Shown in pieces: positions 21,517 through 29,831 of a stretch of 64,000 nucleotides of DNA. Source of the DNA: Candidatus Omnitrophota bacterium (GTDB lineage: Bacteria; Omnitrophota; Gorgyraeia; B26-G9); contig JBDRJV010000010.1 in the NCBI GenBank assembly GCA_043814605.1, positions 1,340 through 65,339 of the forward strand, in the 5' to 3' direction. The notes below the pieces were generated by a model. That model worked only from the letters and a program-made list of their open reading frames with translations, did not search any database and was not told the origin of the DNA. Position numbers and translations under genes: made by a program. Every line of letters starts with the position of its first letter. The stretch's first letter is position 1.

Positions 21517-21537
21517 AAGAAAAATTAACCCCGCAAG

Positions 21538-22722
21538 TCACATTAATTCCCGGCTAAACATACAAACCCTGTTGCGGCCTGTATTTTTGGCAGCATAAAG
21601 CGCTTTATCGGCACAATTAACTAATTCTTCTTTAGTAGATGCATCTTGCGGAAAACTGGCAACTCCAATGCTGATTGTAATTCTTTTGGGGGTAGCCTTC
21701 TGATTGTGGCAGAAAGAATATGCAGCAACTAATTTTCTAATTCGCTCGGCTGAAGAATAAGCTTTTTCTTTATATGTTTCTGGTAAAATGATTGCAAATT
21801 CCTCGCCTCCATAACGGGTTACAGAATCAACTTCCCGGCATGAATTTTTGAGAATTTCTGCCAGATCTTTCAGTAAATCATCTCCGGCAATATGGCCTAA
21901 TGTATCATTAAAATCTTTAAAGTAATCAAGGTCCACCATGAGCAAACTTAAGTACCGATTAAACCGAGTGGCTCTTTTTACTTCTTCATTAATTTGATGC
22001 TGAAAATATCCGTAATTCCAAAGATTTGTAAGCCGGTCAGTATTAGACATAACCAATGCTTTTTCAAACTCTTGAGAATTCTCAATCGCTAAGCCGGCTT
22101 GATCGGCAAACATCGAAAGCTTCCAAATATCATCTGTTGTAATTGAACGTTTTGAATAAAAATTATCAACCAGCATTACTCCCACAACATGATTTTTAGC
22201 TAATAAAGGAACAGTAACAAAATATTCCATATTAAACAAAGACACAACCGGATCGTTTTTTTTAATTAAGAGTTTTTTTTCATCATTAATAATTTCAAAA
22301 GGGCTTTTATTTAAAACGGTTTGGGCTAAAATCCCGGAAGATAAGTTTATTGGTAGTGACATATTTTTGACGGTATTATTTAAATGCGAATCATTACTTC
22401 TGCCAAATTCTTGATAGGCATTGAGCAATTCATCCAAATTTTTACCGGATTTTTTTATAAATCGCCAAATATCCTGGGCATGATCCCCTGAATCCGGGCC
22501 GATGCCCATACGGCCTTCTAACTGATTAGTGTTTTCATTAACTAAAAAAACCATAGCTCGGTTAAAACCCAGCCCTTCGCCGGCGGTAACACTAGTTAGG
22601 ATAATGTAGAGAATTTCATCCAATCTCAGCGTTGAACGCATGGCATTACCAATTTCATAAAGCATTAATAGTTCCGCGCTGTATTGACTCTTAACTTTTG
22701 AGGGTATTGTTTTTCTTAACAT
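21538..22722 (-). CDS. GAF-domain diguanylate cyclase
   Basis: GAF domain; D.LTNLWN, DLDYFK.FND..GH..GD, RYGGEEF; RxxD (REVD) upstream. Confidence 0.93.
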   Translation of the reverse strand: MLRKTIPSKVKSQYSAELLMLYEIGNAMRSTLRLDEILYIILTSVTAGEGLGFNRAMVFLVNENTNQLEGRMGIGPDSGDHAQDIWRFIKKSGKNLDELLNAYQEFGRSNDSHLNNTVKNMSLPINLSSGILAQTVLNKSPFEIINDEKKLLIKKNDPVVSLFNMEYFVTVPLLAKNHVVGVMLVDNFYSKRSITTDDIWKLSMFADQAGLAIENSQEFEKALVMSNTDRLTNLWNYGYFQHQINEEVKRATRFNRYLSLLMVDLDYFKDFNDTLGHIAGDDLLKDLAEILKNSCREVDSVTRYGGEEFAIILPETYKEKAYSSAERIRKLVAAYSFCHNQKATPKRITISIGVASFPQDASTKEELVNCADKALYAAKNTGRNRVCMFSRELM

Positions 22723-22795
22723 AGGTTTTATTGTATAATCAGTCGGTTTTTCTTGTCAATAACAAAAGCAGTAAAAAAATCAGGCAGGGAAGAAA

Positions 22796-23356
22796 TTAAT
22801 CCCAAGCAGCAGAAAATTCACAACAATTAGCTCCTTTTGTAACGCATTTAGTTTCAAATAGTTCTATATTTTTTGCCCCGCTCATTTTGAGAATAGCCTT
22901 AAAATAACCGATAGTGAGCATACAGAAACTTTGATGAGGAGTTTTATAATCCTGAATTTGTAAGGTTGCGGTATTATTTTTAACTGATGTCACTTTTATA
23001 GATCCATGATCATGTATTCTTTTCCAAAAAATTGGGCTGCGGGAAAGAACAAATAAGGGATCACCGAAATGAATAAATACTTTAAAAATTTTAGCAGTAC
23101 CCACCTCTGCTCCATAAGCACCTATTTCCTCGCATAATTTATAGTCTCCTTTTCCAAAAATCTTATCCAGGGCAATTATCAAATTAATAAGAGTTTGTTC
23201 CGGGTACATGTTTATGGAATAAAGATGCCGGCAAAGCAGGGTTTTGTCTGGATCCGGTAATTGTTCCAGAATCTTATCAAAAGCTTCTGGTCCAAATTTT
23301 TCTTCGATAAACTTTTTTGCGATTAAGAACTGGCTGCCTTTTAAATTTGCGTTCAT
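22796..23356 (-). CDS. Uncharacterised protein, V4R / TIGR02265-like ligand-binding fold
   Basis: N-terminal KG motif; C-terminal C...G...CEF...W; adjacent to the diguanylate cyclase on the same strand. Confidence 0.6.
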   Translation of the reverse strand: MNANLKGSQFLIAKKFIEEKFGPEAFDKILEQLPDPDKTLLCRHLYSINMYPEQTLINLIIALDKIFGKGDYKLCEEIGAYGAEVGTAKIFKVFIHFGDPLFVLSRSPIFWKRIHDHGSIKVTSVKNNTATLQIQDYKTPHQSFCMLTIGYFKAILKMSGAKNIELFETKCVTKGANCCEFSAAWD

Positions 23357-23445
23357 AGCTTTAATTTTAGATAAAATAATAACCTTGTCATATACTCTAA
23401 TTTATTCTAATATATAATTTGAATAAATACAAGGAGTAATAGAAA

Positions 23446-24033
23446 ATGAAGCCAAATAAAGCGTTGATTATTGTTGATATGCAGAATGATTTTTGCCCGG
23501 GCGGAAGTTTAGCTGTTCCAGGGGGGGATAGAATAGTCAGCATTTTAAATAAGTACATCCGTTTTTGTAAAAAAAACAAAATCCCTATTTTTCTTTCCCG
23601 GGATTGGCATCCTCCCAAAACTCGCCATTTTGAAAAATTTGGCGGACTCTGGCCAAATCATTGTATCCAGAAAACCCCCGGGGCTAAGTTTCATCCCCGG
23701 TTAAAATTCATAAAGCAGGCAGTTATTATTTCCAAGGGTATGGACCCGGGGAAAAACAGTTATTCTGCTTTTGATGCTGTCAATCATCAGGGAATAGGAT
23801 TACTGGATTTATTGAAAATATTAAGAGTTAAAAAACTTTTGATTGGAGGTTTAGCTACAGATTATTGCGTAAAAGCAACCGTGCACGATACGATCAAATA
23901 CGGGTTTAAAGTTGATTTATTACAGGATGCCATTAAAGGGGTTAATAAAAGAGCGTGTGATTCAGCCAAAGCAATCGAAAAAATGCTTAATTGGGGAGCA
24001 AAAAAAATTACGATTGATAAGTTTAATAAATAA
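23446..24033 (+). CDS. pncA: Nicotinamidase/pyrazinamidase
   Basis: VDMQNDFCPGGSL, DWHP..H, WP.HC, GLATDYCV. Confidence 0.95.
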   Translation: MKPNKALIIVDMQNDFCPGGSLAVPGGDRIVSILNKYIRFCKKNKIPIFLSRDWHPPKTRHFEKFGGLWPNHCIQKTPGAKFHPRLKFIKQAVIISKGMDPGKNSYSAFDAVNHQGIGLLDLLKILRVKKLLIGGLATDYCVKATVHDTIKYGFKVDLLQDAIKGVNKRACDSAKAIEKMLNWGAKKITIDKFNK

Positions 24034-24060
24034 TTAATTATTACCGAGAAACTGAATAAA

Positions 24061-25434
24061 ATGAAATTAAAGAAACAAATAATAGTTTTTATAATTTTTA
24101 TAGTGATTTTTTATGGGGAGATTGTTTTTCTGCAGGCAGAAATAAATTATGAACAATTAACCGCAAAATATGAAAAACAACTTTCTCAAAATTGGTTCAA
24201 ATTTGGCATTAAAAGACAATTAAGCATTTTATATCATAATTGGGCGCATGAACTTACCGAAAAAGGGTTATGGGAAGAGGCGATAACAAAGCAAACCAGG
24301 GCGTATCAATTACAGCCCCAAGAGGCAATAATAAAAAACGCTCTGGCTTATTATTACAATGGCTATGCTTTAGAACTGAGGGAAAAAAAATATTTTCAAG
24401 AAGCAGTAATAAATTTAAAAGAAGCTATTAATTACGCATCAGAGCAGTCACAAATCAAAAAAAATCTTGCTGTAGTTTATGTGGACATGGCAAACGAAGA
24501 GTTTCACTTGGCGGAATATATGAGGTGTGAGAATTTTTTAAAAGAAGCAGAATTGCAAGACCCGGAAAATGCTTATCTTTATGTTTTAAAAGGAGAAGTA
24601 GATTATGTGCAGGATAATTATTATTTTGCCCAAGAAAATTGGGAAAAAGCTTTACAAATCAATCCGCACTTATCTGCAGTAAAATTAAAACTAGAAAAAC
24701 TTAAAAACGAAAAAAATATTGAAAAAAATTTTAATGTTCAGGAAGTAGAACATTTTCGCTTGAAATTTGAAGGTCTCGATAACCGGAAATTAGCTGATAA
24801 AGCCGCGGCAATACTTCGCGATGCTTATAGAGAAGTAGGGCAGGATTTTAGTTGTTTTCCGCAGCAAGTAATTCCAGTGATTATTTATCCCAAGAAGGAA
24901 TTAAAAAAACTGGATTATTTTCCAGACTGGGCAGCGGGGACTTATGATGGCAAAATCCGTATTGGCGAAGATTTGGCAATAATGGGTAAAAATGGTTTAC
25001 AAATGAATTCAGTATTATTTCATGAATATACGCATGTAATTATCAGGCTCTTGGGCGGGGATAATGTGCCGCTTTGGCTGAATGAAGGTTTAGCTGAGTG
25101 CCAGGCTCAAAAATTTAAAAATTTGGAGGAAAAAAGAGCCAGACAAATATTACTTAAGCTGGCGTTAAAAAACAATACACTTTTTTCTTTAGACCAGTTA
25201 GGAGCAATGAATCTAATGAAATTATTAGCTTTATCGGGGAAAAGCATTGAGCTTGTTTATGCACAGAGTGAGTCTTTTGTTAGTTATTTAATTGAACGAG
25301 CTTCTTATTATGATATAAGAAATTTATTAGGACGATTAGGAGAAGGTGAAAATATTTACAAAGCAGTAAAGGATGTTTTGTTTGTTGAACTGGAAGTATT
25401 AGAAAAAAATTGGAAAGCAGATGTTTTACAATAA
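24061..25434 (+). CDS. Exported TPR protein with peptidase MA-like domain
   Basis: Signal/TM, TPR-like repeats, HEYTH...PLWLNEGLAE zinc motif. Confidence 0.85.
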   Translation: MKLKKQIIVFIIFIVIFYGEIVFLQAEINYEQLTAKYEKQLSQNWFKFGIKRQLSILYHNWAHELTEKGLWEEAITKQTRAYQLQPQEAIIKNALAYYYNGYALELREKKYFQEAVINLKEAINYASEQSQIKKNLAVVYVDMANEEFHLAEYMRCENFLKEAELQDPENAYLYVLKGEVDYVQDNYYFAQENWEKALQINPHLSAVKLKLEKLKNEKNIEKNFNVQEVEHFRLKFEGLDNRKLADKAAAILRDAYREVGQDFSCFPQQVIPVIIYPKKELKKLDYFPDWAAGTYDGKIRIGEDLAIMGKNGLQMNSVLFHEYTHVIIRLLGGDNVPLWLNEGLAECQAQKFKNLEEKRARQILLKLALKNNTLFSLDQLGAMNLMKLLALSGKSIELVYAQSESFVSYLIERASYYDIRNLLGRLGEGENIYKAVKDVLFVELEVLEKNWKADVLQ

Positions 25435-25513
25435 ATTATAAATTTAAAAATATTATGCTATAATAATTATTATTTTAATGTACAAAAATCAATTCTTTTA
25501 TAAAGGAGGAAGC

Positions 25514-25912
25514 GTGGCTCAGAGAATACTAATTGTTGATGACGAAGCAGAATTGAGAGAGATATTAAGTACAGCATTAGTCCGGGCAGGATATGAATTT
25601 GAAACTGCAGCCGGGGGCAGGGAAGCGGTAGGTGCGTACCTGGAATCCTTAGACGAGGATAACCCCTATTCTGCGATAATTTTAGATATTATGATGCCTA
25701 AAGGGGATGGGCTGCAAACGATTGAGGCAATTAGAAAAGAAGAACAGCGCCGGGGAATTCAACTGGGGCATGGAGTGTATATAGTGATGCTGACCGCATT
25801 AAAAAATCCTTGGGTAGAAGCATTTAATAAAGGTTGTGATGATTATTTGCTTAAACCCTATAAGATAAATGAACTCTTAGAAAAACTAGAAAAAAAATTA
25901 AATAAAAATTAG
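25514..25912 (+). CDS. Single-domain response regulator (REC)
   Basis: ILIVDDE, LDIMMP..DG, LTA, DDYLLKP; GTG start after AGGAGG. Confidence 0.9.
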   Translation: MAQRILIVDDEAELREILSTALVRAGYEFETAAGGREAVGAYLESLDEDNPYSAIILDIMMPKGDGLQTIEAIRKEEQRRGIQLGHGVYIVMLTALKNPWVEAFNKGCDDYLLKPYKINELLEKLEKKLNKN

Positions 25913-25964
25913 CTTATAAAAATCAGCTGATTTTATTTTTCTTTTTTTACCTTCTGATTATAGT

Positions 25965-27104
25965 ATGGAACCGCTTAGTATATATATTCATGTCCCTTTT
26001 TGCCTGAAAAAATGTTTTTACTGTAATTTTAATTCAAAAGAAATTAAAAATCAGCAGCAAATAGAAAAATATGTACAAGCTTTAAAAAAAGATATTTTAA
26101 TTTCAAGTCTGAATTTAAAGAATTTAAATAATTACGAAATAAAAAGTATTTATTTTGGCGGGGGAACCCCATCTTTAGTCCGGCCGGATCAAATCTCAGA
26201 AATTATAAAGTTAATAAAAAAAATATTTATTTTTGATAAACTGGAAATAACCCTTGAGATTAATCCGGCAACAGCAATAAGTGGAAAAATAATCCTCTAT
26301 AGAAAAGCAGGGATAAACCGGATCAGTCTGGGAGTACAATCTTTTAATGATTGTTTTCTAAAGAGATTAGGCAGATTACATAATGCCTCGGATACATTAG
26401 CAACTGTTAAAATGATCAAAAAAGAAAAAATTTCTAATTTTAGCATTGACCTCATTTACGGAATTCCCGGGCAGACACTAAAAGATTGGCAGGAAGATTT
26501 AGATAAGGTTATTGGTTTAGATATTAATCATGTTTCTTTTTATGATTTAACTGTTGAAAAAGGCACAACTTTTTATAAAAAAAGGAAAAAGTTTAATTTT
26601 TTATCGGAAGATGAAAAAGCGCAAATGTATATCTTAGGGAGGCAGAAACTCAAATCTGCCGGATTTTTGCAGTATGAGATATCTAGTTTTGCCAAAAAGG
26701 GCTATGCATCAATGCATAACCAGGCATATTGGCTGAATCAAGAATATTTAGGCTTAGGAGCGGGAGCATATTCTTATTTAAACGGGTTGCGTTTTAGCCG
26801 CGTTAAAGATCACCAAAAATATCAGGATCAGGTACAACAAGGGAAAATTAAATTTTATAATCAGGAAAGGTTAAAGCAAGATGCATTGATCAAGGAGACA
26901 TTAATTCTTAATTTAAGACAGATGAAAGGAGTTAGTCTTAAAGACATAGAATACAGATTTAAGATCAAAATTCCAAAAACAATAATTGGTAAGTTAAAGG
27001 AATTAAATAAGTATAAGTTATTATCTAAAACTAAAACTGGGTATCGGCTAAGCCAAAAGGGGATTTTAGTTTACGATGCGATTGCCGGTGAGCTATTGGA
27101 TTAA
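25965..27104 (+). CDS. hemW: Radical SAM heme chaperone HemW
   Basis: YIHVPFC..KC.YC.F, YFGGGTPS, YEISSF, HNQAYW. Confidence 0.92.
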   Translation: MEPLSIYIHVPFCLKKCFYCNFNSKEIKNQQQIEKYVQALKKDILISSLNLKNLNNYEIKSIYFGGGTPSLVRPDQISEIIKLIKKIFIFDKLEITLEINPATAISGKIILYRKAGINRISLGVQSFNDCFLKRLGRLHNASDTLATVKMIKKEKISNFSIDLIYGIPGQTLKDWQEDLDKVIGLDINHVSFYDLTVEKGTTFYKKRKKFNFLSEDEKAQMYILGRQKLKSAGFLQYEISSFAKKGYASMHNQAYWLNQEYLGLGAGAYSYLNGLRFSRVKDHQKYQDQVQQGKIKFYNQERLKQDALIKETLILNLRQMKGVSLKDIEYRFKIKIPKTIIGKLKELNKYKLLSKTKTGYRLSQKGILVYDAIAGELLD

Positions 27105-27182
27105 GTTGAGGCTTGAATTTTTTAGATGTTCGTGGTATAAATAATACCTTAATAATTACAAATTTATAAATTAAATGTTTAT

Positions 27183-27269
27183 GCGGAGGTGGTGGAATTG
27201 GCAGACACGCTAGCTTGAGGGGCTAGTGGGAGCAATCTCATGAGGGTTCAAATCCCTCTCTCCGCACCA
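27183..27269 (+). tRNA. tRNA-Leu(GAG)
   Basis: Cloverleaf with long variable arm; anticodon loop TT-GAG-GG; GGTTCAAATCC T-arm; CCA end. Confidence 0.95.
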
Positions 27270-27273
27270 TATT

Positions 27274-27301
27274 AAAATCTTCCTTTTTGGAAGATTTTTT
27301 T
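27274..27301 (+). terminator. Intrinsic terminator after tRNA-Leu
   Basis: aaaatcttcc / ggaagatttt stem plus T tract. Confidence 0.75.
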
Positions 27302-27472
27302 ATTTAGGTGAGGGATTTGAAGCAAGCGCCCGCCAAGTGGACACTATGAAGTGGACAGTGGCGAGGTCTCGCCATGCTTTGTGGCGGAAACGCCGATTTT
27401 CACCCCACCCCATTGGTGTTGCTTCGCGATCTAAAAAAATAATCCTTTTTTACCTGCTTTTTTGGTTTAGGC

Positions 27473-27501
27473 TTGCACGGATTAAAATGTTGTGGTATAC
27501 T
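27473..27501 (+). promoter_or_regulatory. Sigma70 promoter upstream of structured RNA copy 1
   Basis: TTGCAC-17 nt-TATACT with extended TG. Confidence 0.65.
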
Positions 27502-27595
27502 TCCACATCACTATCTTAAAGGAATTTATTCGACATGATAGTAATGTTATTTCTAGGGGGATAACAGAGTGAATTGTAGCATTTTATTAAATTTT

Positions 27596-27679
27596 GGGAT
27601 ACGAAGCGATAGCGTCTTTACTCTAATTAAGGCGTTATGAGAAGCCCCCTACTTCCCCCGTTCTTCGTATCCCTTTTTT
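27596..27679 (+). ncRNA. Putative structured RNA, copy 1
   Basis: GGGATACGAAG/CTTCGTATCCC closing stem, internal hairpin, CCCCTACTTCCCCC loop, T6 tail. Confidence 0.6.
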
Positions 27680-27707
27680 ATATTTAAATTTAAATTACTA
27701 TAGTTTA

Positions 27708-27736
27708 TTGAAAAAAACTAATATATATGGTATAAT
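27708..27736 (+). promoter_or_regulatory. Sigma70 promoter upstream of structured RNA copy 2
   Basis: TTGAAA-17 nt-TATAAT with extended TG. Confidence 0.7.
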
Positions 27737-27846
27737 TCTACTAAAGATAAACACTTAACTTATTCAGGGGGGTAGCGGGTTTTTTTTTATTCGCATTAAT
27801 TAAACAGTTTTTAAAAGTATTGTTTAATAAACTTATTCTAAATTTT

Positions 27847-27927
27847 GGGATACGAAGAACAGAATCGCCTTATCCCCTAAGGCGGTTATTGGCCCCTACT
27901 TCCCCCTGTCTTCGTATCCCTTTATTT
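27847..27927 (+). ncRNA. Putative structured RNA, copy 2
   Basis: Same closing stem and C-rich loop as copy 1; internal hairpin differs in sequence but still pairs. Confidence 0.6.
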
Positions 27928-27983
27928 AATAAGTTTAATGAGGTTTAGAATTATAATTTACTAACATGGGGAGGGGAAAAGAA

Positions 27984-29669
27984 ATGGTTAGCAAAAATAT
28001 AAAACAATGTTTGCATTCAAGAAAAATACTGATTTTTTTAGTTATTTTTGGGGTTTTATTTTTTTATGTAAGACCTTTATTTTCTCAAGAAACAGGTTTT
28101 CTTAAAACTAAAATTAAAACTGTTTCCGGGCCAAAACTTAATGAATCGGAACGGGTTAAACAAGTACTGCGCAACCTGGAGATTCCGGAAGATATGGGTT
28201 TTATTAAAGAAATCCATGTACCCAGTAATCCCAACGACCAGTTAATTATCACGATTCAGGATCTGCATTGCCATTATCAGGCGCAAAAAAATATTTGTAA
28301 AGTTATTGACTACCTGACGACAACCTACGGTTTAAAAGTAATCAGTGTTGAAGGCGGCAGCGGTAAAATTGATACTACTTTTTATAAGGAGCTTCCGGAT
28401 GAGAAAATTAAGGAACAGGTAGCCGATTATTTTTTAAAAGAGGCGAGGATTAATGGTACGGAGTATTTTGCGATAACCACAAATAAAGACATTGCTCTTT
28501 ACGGAGCAGAAGATGACAAATATTACAATAAAAATCTGGATGCGTTTCTCAAGGCTCTGCCAAACCGTGAGAGGATTTTAGAAAATATTTCTGTCTTAGA
28601 AAATGATTTAAGTATTCTTAAGAATAAAATATATAACAAAAAACTCAAAGCATTAGATGATTATATTGTTGCTTATGAAAATGGAGAAGTAGATTTTGAG
28701 AATTATATTACGTATATCTGTAAACTCTACGATTCGGATAAACTTGCCCGTGAATTTCCACAGGTTAATCAGCTTTATGAGAGTTTACAGATTAAAACTA
28801 AAGTAGATTTAAAAAAAGCAGAAGAGCAGCGCAAGGAGCTGATTGATTATTTAAGTAAAAATTTAACCCGGTATGCTCTGGAAGAATTTTTAAAAGCGAC
28901 ATTTGAATTCAAGGCAAAAAATCTAGACAGCTTAAGTTATCATAATACACTGGAAAAACTTTATCGTGAAATGCAGAATAAGTCTCAGGTTTTAGCCAAG
29001 GCTTGGCCGCAATTACATTGTTATATTCAATATTTAAATAAACATGAGACATTAGATAAATTTGAACTTTTCCACCAGCTGGATAAATTTGTAGAAAGGA
29101 TTAAGAACAATATTTATACCAGCTATACGCAGAAAACATTAGACCATAATTTAAAAGTTATTCGCTTGGCCCGTAACTTGTTTTCAACTAAATTATTAAA
29201 CCGGGATATGCAAGCCATAACTAAATACCGCAGTGAATTTAAAGCCAAAGATATGAAGAAGTTTATTAAAAGCCAGATGCAGCGGTTAAAGTTAGAGTTA
29301 CACATACCTTCCGATGAAGATCTAGAGGTGATGGAAAAAACTTTGCCGGATTTAGAGGATTTTTATGAATATGCGCACAAACGTAATAATATTTTGGCTA
29401 ATAATACGGTTCAAGCTATGGATGCAGAAAAAGAAAATATCGCGATTTTAGTTACCGGAGGGTTTCATACAGACGGGATCACAGATTATTTTAAAGATAA
29501 ACGAATTTCTTATGTGGTGATTGCCCCAAAAATTGATGAATTAGATCAAGATGATACCCGTTATATTAATGCTTTAAAAGGCAAAAAAACACCGTTTGAG
29601 GAAATGATTGAAAACGAAGCAACCCCCTTAAAAGATACATATTTTGAGGAAAATGAAAATAAAAATTAA
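27984..29669 (+). CDS. Exported/membrane-anchored protein with putative TIKI/TraB/EreA-ChaN-like metal-site fold
   Basis: N-terminal TM; IQDLHCH, VEGG, KRN..LA, LVTGGFH motifs in the superfamily order; ATG at 27984 follows a GGAGGGG SD (ORF track start 27966). Confidence 0.6.
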   Translation: MVSKNIKQCLHSRKILIFLVIFGVLFFYVRPLFSQETGFLKTKIKTVSGPKLNESERVKQVLRNLEIPEDMGFIKEIHVPSNPNDQLIITIQDLHCHYQAQKNICKVIDYLTTTYGLKVISVEGGSGKIDTTFYKELPDEKIKEQVADYFLKEARINGTEYFAITTNKDIALYGAEDDKYYNKNLDAFLKALPNRERILENISVLENDLSILKNKIYNKKLKALDDYIVAYENGEVDFENYITYICKLYDSDKLAREFPQVNQLYESLQIKTKVDLKKAEEQRKELIDYLSKNLTRYALEEFLKATFEFKAKNLDSLSYHNTLEKLYREMQNKSQVLAKAWPQLHCYIQYLNKHETLDKFELFHQLDKFVERIKNNIYTSYTQKTLDHNLKVIRLARNLFSTKLLNRDMQAITKYRSEFKAKDMKKFIKSQMQRLKLELHIPSDEDLEVMEKTLPDLEDFYEYAHKRNNILANNTVQAMDAEKENIAILVTGGFHTDGITDYFKDKRISYVVIAPKIDELDQDDTRYINALKGKKTPFEEMIENEATPLKDTYFEENENKN

Positions 29670-29831
29670 ATCATTTTAAAAGATAGAACATTTTATACAT
29701 CTTAAACGCTTAGTTTTCAACGTATTATAGCGTTTATTTTTATGTTTGGGAGTTAGCAAAAGAATGTTTTTTATGATATACTTTATGACTATTTTTAAAA
29801 ATTAAAAAACAGGGATTAAAGGATAGTTTTA

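Noticed and set aside
27337-27519. 60-aa ORF after tRNA-Leu
   Set aside because: Runs through GC-rich hairpins and a promoter; no SD or protein-like features.
27596-27920. CRISPR array or leader-peptide reading of the two repeats
   Set aside because: Only two units with an internal conserved loop and no cas genes. The short frames crossing them share only LNFGIR, which is forced by the stem, and differ in length.
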